The notes under the pieces were generated by a model. It had not been told where the DNA came from. It saw nothing but the letters and a program-made list of their open reading frames with translations, and ran no database searches. From Escherichia phage OLB145, in sequence record MH992123.1: DNA of 64,000 nt. One strand, written 5' to 3'. Shown in pieces: positions 45,147 through 64,000 of this stretch. The translations under genes were made by a program, and so were the position numbers. How positions within the stretch are numbered: position 1 is the stretch's first letter; each line of letters begins with the position of its first letter.

Positions 45147-47003
45147 TTAACGAGGAAATATATCAGGGATACCCAATCGACGTCCGGCATCTCTGCCTAA
45201 ACTTCTCCGGTTTGCCTCGCTCTCTTCCTGTTTAATATTTTGTAGGCTCTTAATATCCAAATTCTGAGGGTCAGCAGCTACAGCACTACGAGCACCATCA
45301 AGAAGACGTTTAGCAGTATTAACTCGCTCCTGATAGCGAGGTAGTACACTTCTAAGGTTTTCCTGACCGGTCTGAATTCGACGCTGTACTTCACGTAAAT
45401 CAGCAAGTGCAGTATCTAACGTATTCTGTGCTGCATAGATGTTTGATTGAATTTGTGCAGTAAGCTGATTACGAGCATTCTGTTCAATAGCAGTACCAGT
45501 AGTTGCAAGTTTTGCATTTGCTTCTACGGCTGCTTTATCCAGTTGGTAATCACCACCCAAATCAATAACATCAGTATCAAAGGCATTTCGAATACCACTA
45601 AACCATCCCTCTGGTTTACCAGTGATACTACGTTGAATGATTGCCCCTGCCATAGCGGGAGAAATAGCATTCTGTTTTGCTACCTCATTGATTTGTCGAA
45701 CCAGTGCACCTTGGTTAATGCCTTTCAGTTCATTGCTATCAATAATACGTTTAGCCACCTGACCGGTCGTAGAGGGGTCAACAGTAGCAGCTTGGTATTC
45801 TGGCAGCAGAGTATTACCAATATTCTGCATATTACGAGTACCAACAGTATTACCAGCAACAGAAGTGAATGCTTGTTCTTGTAATGGATTAATAGAATTA
45901 CCTGTTTCTGCTTGAGCAATGTAATCCTTCATTTCATCCCATGACAAGTTCTTATAAGCACCAGGAGTATCATCCGGTAAAGCAGCCCATGTACTCTTCA
46001 GATTGCCATTCTTACGGGCATTAAAAATAGCTTCACCCAGTTTGTCTTGATTCTCCGGAGACATAGGAATGTTCTGCCAATCTTCACCAAATACCTTTGG
46101 AGCAAAGTCTTTAAGGGTATCTTGGTTAATCTGGTATGCACCAACAGGAGAAGCACCTAGTGTCTTCTTCATAGTGTCTTGATGCTGAACCACCTCACCT
46201 AAGTTCATCTGAGTAATAGGTACATCAGTTGGTGTGAACTTATAGGTAGTGTCATATGCAGAACCATTCCTAGTACCCTGAGTACCAGGAGGGGATAGAG
46301 ATGCAGAACCAGTTCCCGGAGTATATGCACCTGGATATGCTCTATCTAACTGAGATAGTGCACGACTTACTGCTCCTGGTGACATTTGGTCGAACGTACC
46401 CTCTGCAAGCATACGAGCATCGTCAGCACTGTATGCACCACGACGAATATTATTCAGTAACTGCATAGCAGCCTGAGTATCCGCATCGTTACGCATATCA
46501 ACACCTAAGTTGAATAAGCTGCGACGTTGACCAATACCAGCAGTACCCTGTCCTTGAAGGTTGTTCATGTAGTCCATAACAACACCAGCAGGAAGGGTTT
46601 TTAATACATCCCCATACTGAGCCTGTGCTGCCTGAACCTTTCTTGGGTCACCAGATTGATAGGCCAGAGCCAATTCCTGTAATGCAGGGGCAGCAGCATC
46701 AGTAGCTGCATTTACCTTCATGGTTCTGTCATTACTGTATCGAGTGAAATCCAGATTTTGTTGTTTAGATGCTTGGTCTAACAGATTGCCAGCACGATTA
46801 TCTAAGTTCTCCATAGTACGAGAAGAAATTAGAGAAGGGTCATAGCCAGCAAATAATGCTCCAGAAGCTAAGGCATTACGATACTCATTAGGGTCTTGGT
46901 AACGCATGGCTTCAGCCATAATTGCATCACCAGCTTGCTGTCTTGCAGAGTTTCGAAAATCACCTAATGCATTACTCAATCCGGCAGTGGCATTACCCAG
47001 CAT
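45147..47003 (-). CDS. Virion internal/ejection protein with lytic-transglycosylase-like (SLT) motif (N4 gp51-like position)
   Basis: LGEVV...ASPVGAYQINQDT resembles the E-S...SPVGA.GLMQI core of SLT domains; adjacent to vRNAP. Confidence 0.45.
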   Translation of the reverse strand: MLGNATAGLSNALGDFRNSARQQAGDAIMAEAMRYQDPNEYRNALASGALFAGYDPSLISSRTMENLDNRAGNLLDQASKQQNLDFTRYSNDRTMKVNAATDAAAPALQELALAYQSGDPRKVQAAQAQYGDVLKTLPAGVVMDYMNNLQGQGTAGIGQRRSLFNLGVDMRNDADTQAAMQLLNNIRRGAYSADDARMLAEGTFDQMSPGAVSRALSQLDRAYPGAYTPGTGSASLSPPGTQGTRNGSAYDTTYKFTPTDVPITQMNLGEVVQHQDTMKKTLGASPVGAYQINQDTLKDFAPKVFGEDWQNIPMSPENQDKLGEAIFNARKNGNLKSTWAALPDDTPGAYKNLSWDEMKDYIAQAETGNSINPLQEQAFTSVAGNTVGTRNMQNIGNTLLPEYQAATVDPSTTGQVAKRIIDSNELKGINQGALVRQINEVAKQNAISPAMAGAIIQRSITGKPEGWFSGIRNAFDTDVIDLGGDYQLDKAAVEANAKLATTGTAIEQNARNQLTAQIQSNIYAAQNTLDTALADLREVQRRIQTGQENLRSVLPRYQERVNTAKRLLDGARSAVAADPQNLDIKSLQNIKQEESEANRRSLGRDAGRRLGIPDIFPR

Positions 47004-47091
47004 ATTGGAGAAAGTACGAATACTATCCCCAACACCAGAGAAAGAAACTAACTAAACAATACCCAAATCTCAATGACTCATACGATACCTC

Positions 47092-47544
47092 TTAACGAGT
47101 TAAGCGATTGGCTGCAATGTAAGCATCAGCCGTAGATTGGTCACGATTTTCTGCAACAGCACGACTACGAGCACGGTCTTCCAGAGCAGTGTTATAGGAC
47201 TTAATCTGGTTATTCAGATTAGTGTTAGTAACATCTTTAGCAAAAGAGAACTGATTCTTAGCTAACTTGTTAGCCTGTAATGCACCATAGATATTACCCA
47301 GTGCATTAAGACCACCTAACCCCAACTGGAAGGTGGGAATATTCAGACCCAGTTGGTCAGTAAGCCCCCGAGTCTGCCCACCGGTATTCCCTGTAGCACC
47401 ACCAGTAATATTCTGAAGCCAGTCATTACTAAGGATGCCGGATTGCATAGGGTTATAGTTCATGGTTGGGGTATTAAAGGAACCATACCCATAGCCAAAA
47501 TTGCTTTGTGCAGATGGGGTTCCAAAAAGGAAATTAGTATCCAT
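47092..47544 (-). CDS. Gly/Asn-rich small virion protein (150 aa)
   Basis: AGGAG RBS, ATG start; G/N/T-rich N-terminus. Confidence 0.5.
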   Translation of the reverse strand: MDTNFLFGTPSAQSNFGYGYGSFNTPTMNYNPMQSGILSNDWLQNITGGATGNTGGQTRGLTDQLGLNIPTFQLGLGGLNALGNIYGALQANKLAKNQFSFAKDVTNTNLNNQIKSYNTALEDRARSRAVAENRDQSTADAYIAANRLTR

Positions 47545-47557
47545 AAGGATTCTCCTG

Positions 47558-50215
47558 TTACGTATCTAAATCAAGCTGCAACGTTATATCTGCAAAGTTG
47601 GTAATCATGTTGTTAGACATGTCAGCTATATCATGACCAGTCATAAGAGTACGGCTAAGGAATGAATCCAGTGGTTCAAATTGTTGGCCTACATTAGTTA
47701 GGTTCATTGGGTCAATGTAACCCATGCCCTCAGTGCCAAACATTTCCTCGTACTTTTCCTGAATGGTTTTCATCTGGTCACGGTACTCTGCCATAAGTTT
47801 CTCTGTCTTTTTGACAGTTTCCATAGCAGAAGCATTGATGTAATCACTTATGCCATTTCCTACAGATGAAGTGAGTTTAATGATGTTGTCTGCTTTCATC
47901 ATTTCACCCAGCATCGTAGACATGGATGAACCAGTGGATAAAGCTGTACCAACATTCATGGCTACCATAGAGGCAATAGTAGCAACAATGATTCCAATCT
48001 TATCCCCAAGCAGACTAACAGAGACTGTTTGAATAATGGACATCAGAATCATAGCTGCAATGGCATTAGCCACAGCCCCAACGATAATAGCAGCTAACCC
48101 TGCAAAACCTAATGCAGCACCAATAGAAGCAGCAGTACCCATTACCCCAGCACCAGCAGCAGGAGTAAAGAACACAGACACTACTACTGCAACAACAACC
48201 ACTACTACTTTAAAGATGCCAGACTGATACCATTTCTTCTTAACTTTCTTATATGAGTTAAGAACCAGATAACAACATGCAGTAGATAACTGAGTACCAT
48301 TTACCAAAGACATACTACGATAAATGTTGTTATGAAGAGGGATGATAAATCCGGACTCTTCATCATCATTTAGTGCATCTACACCAGAAATGCTTACAGA
48401 TTTATTCTTGTAAACATTATTGTTATGGTTCAGGCCATAGACAGAAATCTTCCTCCATGAATTATCCCCATCCTGCCAATACATTGTTATCTTATCTAGC
48501 CTGTAGATAGTAAACCCAACTTTGTCATTACCTTTTTCAGAGTACATAACGGCTTTCTGCATAAGGACTACAGTACCTTCATAAGCAAACTTGAGCTGCC
48601 CTTTCTTGGCTCCAGAGAATGCTTTACCTGAACCAACTGATTCTTCAATGAAGTTCCAACTAATAGTCATGTTGTAACGGTATCCACCGTTAGAACGAAT
48701 ATTAATGGATTTAGAAGGTATTGTTGGATATACGGGTCTTTTAGGAGGCTTCCCTATGGGAATATCCCTATTACCACTGCGAGATTTCCACCATTCCTGG
48801 TAAGCATCAAAGTCCCTGTTAGCCTGAGCAAAGCCTTCTACCAAAGCATCCATAGTTGGGTAGTTTGGGTCAGCAGGCATTGACTGATTCACTAACTGGA
48901 AGAATCTGTATATGTACTCTTTAGCTGTATTTTCAGGACTATTAAGAGAACAACCAAATACAGCATAGATATACTGAATATCACCAATATCTTTGTTCTT
49001 CTTCAGGTCATCCATAATGTCAGAAATCTTACCCCCTGTAGCCTTCTTAAAGGCTCTCTTACAAAGAGTATACGTAGAGCCAGAAATCCAGTTCTTATCA
49101 CTACGGATAGGGATAAATGAATAGAATCTGTTATTGGTCGTCTTATTAATAAACAAAGCATCAAGAACGGCATTGCCACTATTCTGTTTATAAATAAACA
49201 ATTGAGGCATACCACCAGCAGACAAAGTAGTAACTACATCTGTATTCTGATAAGACCATGTATAACCTAAAGTATCTTTAGTTACTGTAGTAGTTCTGGT
49301 TTCAGTAACCCCACCGCCTAAATCAATAACTTCAGTGTTTGTAGTGGAACCAGTAGATACAGTACCAGTCTGTACCTGGGTCATTGTAGTCTTACGAATA
49401 ATGATTAAGCCTACTTCACTTGGTTCACGAAATTCTTTCTCGTAAACATCTGAGAAGTTAGTCCAACTAACCTGTTCTTCTTCAGTATTGGTACTTTCCT
49501 CATCAGGTCTGCCATCAGAGAATACACTCTTAATATGAGTAACTGTCTTCAGGGTAGCTGACTTAGGAGTATGGTTCTGAGATACCTGAGTCCATTCAGA
49601 AGTAGAAGGTAAGTCATCAGCAGATGATACAGATACAACAGGATGAACTACTGGGTCTGCAACACTAGTAGGCTGTATGTAGTAATAGTTCACATACAGA
49701 TACATTGCATCCTGACTGAAATTCTCTGGGTAAAAGGATAACTCACTACCATCAGTAGCAGTGAGTACAATCCTGTCATCATCCATGATGTCTATTTCAA
49801 ACTCTTCAGTAATACGGTCTGGATAATTCTCATAGAGGAATTTATCAGCCCATTCCTCAAAATCACCAAATCCAATCCTACTGCTCTGAACCTGTACCTC
49901 ATAACCTGCTTTTTGAGGAACTTGCCATTTAACTACTTCAGGGTCTATCTGAGACAGTATTGACAAGTTCCCATAAGCAATACCAATTGAAGGGTCATAG
50001 TTAGTTGCAGCCCAACCAGGGAATCTACGTAAACGAATACCAGGTCCATTTAAATAAGAGTTAGTGATGGTATCACCCATACTAAAGTCAGATTTACTGA
50101 CGATGTTACCAATCACCGTAGTCTTTAAATAATTTGGACGTTTATGTATATCCCCTGCCAAATTGTAGACAGAGGATGCTACGTAGATTTTAGTCTTACT
50201 GCTAAACAGTCCCAT
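47558..50215 (-). CDS. Large virion protein with Val/Ala/Gly-rich hydrophobic C-terminal region (putative membrane-inserting ejection protein)
   Basis: 885 aa; about 90-residue stretch VVVVVVAVVVSVFF...AAIIVGAVANAIAAMILMSII predicted membrane-spanning. Confidence 0.55.
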   Translation of the reverse strand: MGLFSSKTKIYVASSVYNLAGDIHKRPNYLKTTVIGNIVSKSDFSMGDTITNSYLNGPGIRLRRFPGWAATNYDPSIGIAYGNLSILSQIDPEVVKWQVPQKAGYEVQVQSSRIGFGDFEEWADKFLYENYPDRITEEFEIDIMDDDRIVLTATDGSELSFYPENFSQDAMYLYVNYYYIQPTSVADPVVHPVVSVSSADDLPSTSEWTQVSQNHTPKSATLKTVTHIKSVFSDGRPDEESTNTEEEQVSWTNFSDVYEKEFREPSEVGLIIIRKTTMTQVQTGTVSTGSTTNTEVIDLGGGVTETRTTTVTKDTLGYTWSYQNTDVVTTLSAGGMPQLFIYKQNSGNAVLDALFINKTTNNRFYSFIPIRSDKNWISGSTYTLCKRAFKKATGGKISDIMDDLKKNKDIGDIQYIYAVFGCSLNSPENTAKEYIYRFFQLVNQSMPADPNYPTMDALVEGFAQANRDFDAYQEWWKSRSGNRDIPIGKPPKRPVYPTIPSKSINIRSNGGYRYNMTISWNFIEESVGSGKAFSGAKKGQLKFAYEGTVVLMQKAVMYSEKGNDKVGFTIYRLDKITMYWQDGDNSWRKISVYGLNHNNNVYKNKSVSISGVDALNDDEESGFIIPLHNNIYRSMSLVNGTQLSTACCYLVLNSYKKVKKKWYQSGIFKVVVVVVAVVVSVFFTPAAGAGVMGTAASIGAALGFAGLAAIIVGAVANAIAAMILMSIIQTVSVSLLGDKIGIIVATIASMVAMNVGTALSTGSSMSTMLGEMMKADNIIKLTSSVGNGISDYINASAMETVKKTEKLMAEYRDQMKTIQEKYEEMFGTEGMGYIDPMNLTNVGQQFEPLDSFLSRTLMTGHDIADMSNNMITNFADITLQLDLDT

Positions 50216-50218
50216 GTA

Positions 50219-51127
<909 letters not shown>

Positions 51128-51150
51128 TCATTGGTTCATTAAAAGAAAAC

Positions 51151-51180
51151 GGCTCACGGTTTTACCCAGTGAGCCGTGCT
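51151..51180 (-). terminator. Hairpin, possible terminator (minus strand)
   Basis: 9-bp stem ACGGCTCAC/GTGAGCCGT with 11-nt loop followed by a T-rich run on the minus strand. Confidence 0.35.
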
Positions 51181-51197
51181 AACTTACAGATTAACTC

Positions 51198-51824
51198 TTA
51201 TTGAGAGTCTACGCTACCAGCAGCAATCTGAGCAGCAGCCAGAGTTTGTAATTCTTCCTTAGTCAGTGGAGGCAGAACTTCAATGGCAAACTCACGTACC
51301 CATGCAGATGTAATATTAGGCTGACCATTCTTACCTTTGGTAACTCGAATGTTCAGGAACTTACGTTCTTTGAGGAAATTATAAATACAGTAAGGGATGT
51401 GATAGCCCTCATCAGTAGCTTCACCAAATGGAACGAATTTACGAACAGTACCAATATATTCGTTAGCTACTGTAATAATCTCACCAGGCAGGTCTTTCTT
51501 CTTAGGGTCAAGGTTCTGAATACGTACTCGAACCAGCTTTAATTGTTCTAAGCGTTGCTGGTGACGTAAAGAAGTTGCCGTAGTTACTGTACCTGTAGAC
51601 AGAGCCAGAGGATTAGGCTGAGGTTCTACTGGTTCCTGAGCTTTATTTTCCTGTGCTGCTTCAATCTTCTTACGAAGAGTTTCAGCACTAATATTATTTG
51701 AGTATGAAATACCCATCATATTAGCTCGTTGTTTCAGCAGAGAAAGTTCATCAACCTTAACTTCATCAACGGTGTCATCGTTGCCCTGAGTTAAATCAGC
51801 GGTCGGTTTATCGTTAATGCTCAT
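51198..51824 (-). CDS. Structural protein (208 aa)
   Basis: ATG ORF between the capsid gene terminator and the next structural gene. Confidence 0.5.
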   Translation of the reverse strand: MSINDKPTADLTQGNDDTVDEVKVDELSLLKQRANMMGISYSNNISAETLRKKIEAAQENKAQEPVEPQPNPLALSTGTVTTATSLRHQQRLEQLKLVRVRIQNLDPKKKDLPGEIITVANEYIGTVRKFVPFGEATDEGYHIPYCIYNFLKERKFLNIRVTKGKNGQPNITSAWVREFAIEVLPPLTKEELQTLAAAQIAAGSVDSQ

Positions 51825-51844
51825 GTGTATATATCCTATTCATA

Positions 51845-51869
51845 AAGTAAGGGGAGGTTTCCCTCCCCC
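51845..51869 (-). terminator. Rho-independent terminator after the major capsid gene
   Basis: GGGGAGG-loop-CCTCCCC hairpin immediately downstream of the capsid gene on the minus strand. Confidence 0.5.
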
Positions 51870-51886
51870 TGATGTTAGCCCAACTA

Positions 51887-53092
51887 TTACAGCGGAGCTA
51901 CAGTTTTAATAAGAGCCAGACGTTCTGGACGTTTAACCAGAATACCGTAGTACCATTTGATGCTGGAGAACCCAGTTTCACCATATGGGTCATTACGGTC
52001 AGCAGTTTCTTTACCAGGCATCTTAGTCATAACGGTAAATTTAAGTGACTTACCGTCAGTCTGGAAGCCAATAGAGGTAAAGGAATCATCACCTACTACC
52101 AGCATTGGGTAAACGTCATAGTGCTCTTGACCAGATACCATAGAGGTACGGTAACCAGGGTTAGCTCCAGTAGCCTGTGCACCAGCACCTGCCCAGTGCA
52201 GCATTTCTGGAACCTGAATGATACGGAACTTATCAATAGAACCGACTTCACCATTCATGATAGTACCTGCATCAGCATAGTGCTGAGTTTCGATAAAGGC
52301 TTTATTACCGAACAGGTCTTTCATTGCTTTCAGTTCCGGAACCAGTTCAGAACCTACATACATAACACGAGTAGCACCGATGACTTTAGTATCAATCATA
52401 CGGGAACCAGTGATAATGGTAGTCTGAGTAGGAGTACGGTTCTCTGTCAGAATCTGGTCAAGACGCATCAGGTTCTTATAAGAAACGATAGACGGAGTAG
52501 AACCTTCACCAGTGATGGTGGCATCAGAAGTAGCAGCACCAGCATACAGAACAGTACCAGCAGCAGCCAGCAGGTCTTTTTGCAGTACAGCTTCAGTAAT
52601 CTGAGTAGCACCATTCATCAGTTCACGGGACAGGTGTTCCATCAGGCCATCATCAGAATCGAAGTCAATAGATTCCTGAGTGAACTCATAGAAGAAGCCA
52701 AACTTGTGAATAGAACCTTCACGAGCAATACGAGTAAAACCAACACGGTTAACTCGACCACCGTTTTCAGTCAGTAGAGGCAGTTTGGAAGTAATGTTAC
52801 CGATGTCTTTGCTGGAACCATACAGGTTACCATTAACGATAGTAGCACCACTTGCATCAATACCCTGGTCATTGATGTTACGGTCATCCAGCAGAGGAAC
52901 ATATTCATATACCTTGATGGTCTTACCGTAATGCTTCGGCATGTTAGTTACAGAGGCCAGTGGCATGAAGTACTGCTCTTTACGGGCAGTGATGATTGCT
53001 TTCTTCAGCCAGAAGAAGGTTTGCATCTGGTCAGAGTTAGCACCATCAATACTAGATTTCTGACCGTCAATAGGAGCGTTATAGTTCAACAT
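51887..53092 (-). CDS. Major capsid protein (401 aa, N4 gp56-like)
   Basis: AAGGA RBS, ATG; length equals N4 major capsid as recalled; strong terminator downstream; order portal-scaffold-capsid. Confidence 0.7.
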   Translation of the reverse strand: MLNYNAPIDGQKSSIDGANSDQMQTFFWLKKAIITARKEQYFMPLASVTNMPKHYGKTIKVYEYVPLLDDRNINDQGIDASGATIVNGNLYGSSKDIGNITSKLPLLTENGGRVNRVGFTRIAREGSIHKFGFFYEFTQESIDFDSDDGLMEHLSRELMNGATQITEAVLQKDLLAAAGTVLYAGAATSDATITGEGSTPSIVSYKNLMRLDQILTENRTPTQTTIITGSRMIDTKVIGATRVMYVGSELVPELKAMKDLFGNKAFIETQHYADAGTIMNGEVGSIDKFRIIQVPEMLHWAGAGAQATGANPGYRTSMVSGQEHYDVYPMLVVGDDSFTSIGFQTDGKSLKFTVMTKMPGKETADRNDPYGETGFSSIKWYYGILVKRPERLALIKTVAPL

Positions 53093-53103
53093 GTCTCAAT
53101 TCC

Positions 53104-54321
53104 TTATAGGCCGTTCAGCCGAGGTAGTTTCATAAAGTCCTCGTCACTCATTGCAAGAGGGTTAACAAGGACTTCTGTCTTACGCGGTGTAACCCGTGAT
53201 GGGGATGCCGCTGCTGCCTGTTGAGTATTAGTGATTTCAGACTTAGGAGTTGCAACACGAGTTGCTACTGGCTGAACCACTGGTTTAGGTTGTTCAACAG
53301 GTTTCTGCTTAATCAAATCATTAAAACCACCATTAGCAGCAAGGTAGTTACCGACTTGATTATAAGCATCAAGGAATGCTGTACCGATTGGGATTTGGCC
53401 TAAGATTTTGAGTCGTTCAATTTCAGAAACAATACGGTCGTAAATACCGTTAGCTTTCTGTTCAACGATGGTATTAACCAGACCACGATTTTCCAGCAAT
53501 GCCTGTTTGCTGTGGTCATCCCACGTAGTCGAAATTAACTGAAGAGTAGCTTGTCCTTCTGGAGTGGATTTAGCATCTTCCAGTTCGGTTGCAAATGCTG
53601 CTTCAGCATCTGACACACGGTGATTACCAGCTTGGTATTTAACTTCCTCTTCCGGATTAATATCCAGAACATCAATACCAGATTCTTTAACCAACTTCTT
53701 AATAGCATCAGGATTCCCTTTAACTAAATCGATAGCATAAGAGAGTTGCCCTTCATCTAATAATCCGTTGTTTTCTAACATCAGAAGATACTTACGATAC
53801 GGCTGAATCTCCTGCATTTTACGGGTATAGTTAGCTCCCATTTGCATCAAGCTAATGACCTCTTCAGGACTCTGAGGAGTAATCATTTTGCCGTTAGCTT
53901 TAAACGGAGCCATTATCCGTTCATAACCAGCCTTATAGTCGAAGTCAGTTTTCTGGTCTGATACCTGCTTGTCTTCTTCTACTTTTGCTTGGCCTTGCTC
54001 AGTAGTAGAAGGTGCATTATCAGTAGCAGGCTTACTGTTGCTGTCAACCTTATTTGGGTCAACTGTAGCACTATCATTACCAGTTGTGAATGCATCTGAA
54101 TTGCTTTCTGATTCAGAAGTATTTTCTACTTCAGTTGGTTCAGTAGTTACTTCTGGTTCATCAGTTTGTTCAACTTCAACAATTGGGTCTGGTTGTGCAG
54201 GAGTATTATTTTCTACCGGTTCCGGGTTGTTCTGAATGCTTGATGGACCAGGCATGTTCAGAATCTCTTCATCCGACATTTTAAAAATGTCGGAAGCTGT
54301 TTTTGCAGCTTCCGTAGTCAT
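53104..54321 (-). CDS. Putative scaffolding protein (acidic N-terminus)
   Basis: GGAGA RBS; very acidic N-terminal third; located directly upstream of the capsid gene. Confidence 0.45.
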   Translation of the reverse strand: MTTEAAKTASDIFKMSDEEILNMPGPSSIQNNPEPVENNTPAQPDPIVEVEQTDEPEVTTEPTEVENTSESESNSDAFTTGNDSATVDPNKVDSNSKPATDNAPSTTEQGQAKVEEDKQVSDQKTDFDYKAGYERIMAPFKANGKMITPQSPEEVISLMQMGANYTRKMQEIQPYRKYLLMLENNGLLDEGQLSYAIDLVKGNPDAIKKLVKESGIDVLDINPEEEVKYQAGNHRVSDAEAAFATELEDAKSTPEGQATLQLISTTWDDHSKQALLENRGLVNTIVEQKANGIYDRIVSEIERLKILGQIPIGTAFLDAYNQVGNYLAANGGFNDLIKQKPVEQPKPVVQPVATRVATPKSEITNTQQAAAASPSRVTPRKTEVLVNPLAMSDEDFMKLPRLNGL

Positions 54322-54346
54322 GGGAGTATCTCCGAGTTAGGATTAA

Positions 54347-54694
54347 TTAAACTTCTTCAGGTTCACCACGAGCAACATCCAATGCATTCTCAATATCTGA
54401 TTGGACACCTACCAGTGTTTCTGCTTTCTGAAGAGTAATTTCCAGATAACGTTTTAAACAACCAGCAGCTTGAGCCATAGCAAGAGCATCAGCACGTTGA
54501 CGGTCTTCAAGCAATGGGTCACAGGATTCTTGTACATAACGAGCACAGTCTACAGTACAGAATTGCTCAAGAATTACTTTACGGAAAAGGGAATTACCCA
54601 TCAGCTTACGAACATCTTCTGCATAAGCACGAGCAGCTTTAATACCCTTCAGTTGGTGTTCCAGTCCTTCAATTTCTTTTTCTTTGCTGTACAT
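54347..54694 (-). CDS. Hypothetical protein (115 aa)
   Basis: ATG ORF between portal and scaffold-like genes. Confidence 0.5.
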   Translation of the reverse strand: MYSKEKEIEGLEHQLKGIKAARAYAEDVRKLMGNSLFRKVILEQFCTVDCARYVQESCDPLLEDRQRADALAMAQAAGCLKRYLEITLQKAETLVGVQSDIENALDVARGEPEEV

Positions 54695-54696
54695 AA

Positions 54697-57539
<2,843 letters not shown>

Positions 57540-58093
57540 TCCATCCTGTAGTGTACTCAGGCATATTAAGAGATAAATAGTAGTTTAACTGTTTACCATC
57601 CAGAGACTTCAAAATGAGCTTACAGGCTTCTACTTTGCCTCGTTTATTCTGAAGGCTTTTATATGCACTTAGAGTTCCAGAACCGACTTTACCATCAACT
57701 TGTATTTTAGGGTAGTCTTTGCCATTTCTGGAGAAAGCATTAAGAGATTCTTGTAACCAACGAGATGGTCTTGCAGGTCCAGTATTAACACCAGCATCTA
57801 CTAGTTTTTCTGTTACCGCTGGTGATACATCTGCAAACTTAACAAAGCCAGGCTTCAAGATGTAATCGTTGTAATAAATACTTGATGCCATTTCCTGAGT
57901 TAAGTTCTTCATTGAACCATCCCAGTTATACATCGACTCTAGTTCTTGCTTATGCTTTTGAGCAACCTGAATAGTTACACCATGATTAGTTTCACCTCCT
58001 GGGTCTTTGGGGTCATTAACGTATCCGCCCTCAACAGCAAATACAGCAGCAATGATTGCTGCAATAACCCCTCCAACACCACCAACTTTCTTC

Positions 58094-58357
58094 TTACTTA
58101 TTGCCACACCAATCCTCCTTTGGTTTCAAACGAACCAATCGGCAAATAATATTCAGCACAAAGAGTGCTATAGCAATGTTATTGCCATGTGGAATATCTT
58201 TGAGGATATGTTGGGGTAATGCAGAGAAAGAACTGGATAAGACATCCACACAAGAGAAGAACAATATTGCTAATGTGCTAATCTGAATAGATGCCCATTT
58301 CCAACAACGTTTCCAATTAGGAACCATTTCCACATGTTTGGTTAACTTGCGAACCAT
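58094..58357 (-). CDS. Candidate holin (two TM helices; possible dual start)
   Basis: Track ORF 58094..58423; GGGAGA RBS before Met23, second Met 10 codons later with basic residues between; two hydrophobic helices. Confidence 0.4.
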   Translation of the reverse strand: MVRKLTKHVEMVPNWKRCWKWASIQISTLAILFFSCVDVLSSSFSALPQHILKDIPHGNNIAIALFVLNIICRLVRLKPKEDWCGNK

Positions 58358-58674
58358 GCAAAAATCTCCCGTCTGGCAGCAGCCAGTATACCAATAATGA
58401 TACCTGCTCCGGCCCATACCCATTTACCAAACAATCCAGCACCAACAACTTTGTGTTTGATGGTAATGAACTCTTCAATAGTAGGGGCAGACTCAGCCAG
58501 AGACTTTTCTACATTCTCTAGTCGAGTGTCCATCTTATTAATAGACAGTTGAAGGTTACGTACAGCATCATCTAAATCTTGCCGAGATTTAGCATCACGG
58601 GCATTATTTTCGAAGAGTGTCTTCATACGTTCCTCCATTCGAGCTAGGAGCACCTCTACGGATTCATGACTCAT
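58342..58674 (-). CDS. Coiled-coil protein with single C-terminal TM anchor (holin/antiholin-like or lysis regulator)
   Basis: AAGGA RBS, ATG; soluble charged N-terminus then GAGLFGKWVWAGAGIIIGILAAA TM segment. Confidence 0.4.
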   Translation of the reverse strand: MSHESVEVLLARMEERMKTLFENNARDAKSRQDLDDAVRNLQLSINKMDTRLENVEKSLAESAPTIEEFITIKHKVVGAGLFGKWVWAGAGIIIGILAAARREIFAWFAS

Positions 58675-58702
58675 GCTAAATCCTTATCGAAAAAGCCGGG
58701 TA

Positions 58703-58723
58703 TCCCCGGCTCTGTTAGTCCTA
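58703..58723 (-). terminator. Rho-independent terminator (minus strand)
   Basis: AGCCGGG-loop-CCCGGCT hairpin followed by U-run on the minus strand. Confidence 0.45.
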
Positions 58724-58777
58724 ATGAACAGAGAGTGTGTTTATACACCCGTCAAATAGTACCGATATTTACTAGTA

Positions 58778-60034
<1,257 letters not shown>

Positions 60035-60063
60035 TTAATACCCCCATTGCTGGGGGTTCCTTG

Positions 60064-63999
<3,936 letters not shown>

Positions 64000-64000
64000 T

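Overview
The window reads as about 64 kb from the left end of an N4-like podovirus (Schitoviridae-type) genome; I found no clearly novel system, and most content matches known N4 biology. Plus strand, 1-34.5 kb: three hairpin motifs that look like virion-RNAP early promoters, a dense block of small early ORFs, the two-subunit phage RNAP II, a MoxR-type AAA ATPase with a vWA partner, an SPFH lipoprotein, an HNH endonuclease, dCTP deaminase, ThyX, rIIA/rIIB, an SF1 helicase, a family A DNA polymerase, a primase-like protein, SSB and a RuvC-like resolvase. At 32.4-33.6 kb there is an ORF-free island with four tRNAs (Asn, Ser, Thr, Pro), two tRNA-like remnants, three long inverted repeats and about 360 nt of unexplained non-coding sequence. 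Minus strand, 34.5-64 kb: the 3500-aa virion RNA polymerase, internal/ejection proteins, major capsid, scaffold-like and portal proteins, a lysis cassette (embedded spanins, SAR-type GH108 muramidase, holin candidates) and a large tail protein cut by the window edge. No rRNA, CRISPR array, integrase or transposase was seen. Limits: all calls come from reading motifs, synteny and memory of phage N4; no search or folding program was run. The ORF track uses alternative start codons (TTG/GTG observed), so several starts were moved to the first RBS-supported ATG. Hand-called small features may be off by 1-2 nt; one 60-nt line near 57.5 kb did not agree with the track by eye, so I used the track coordinates there.
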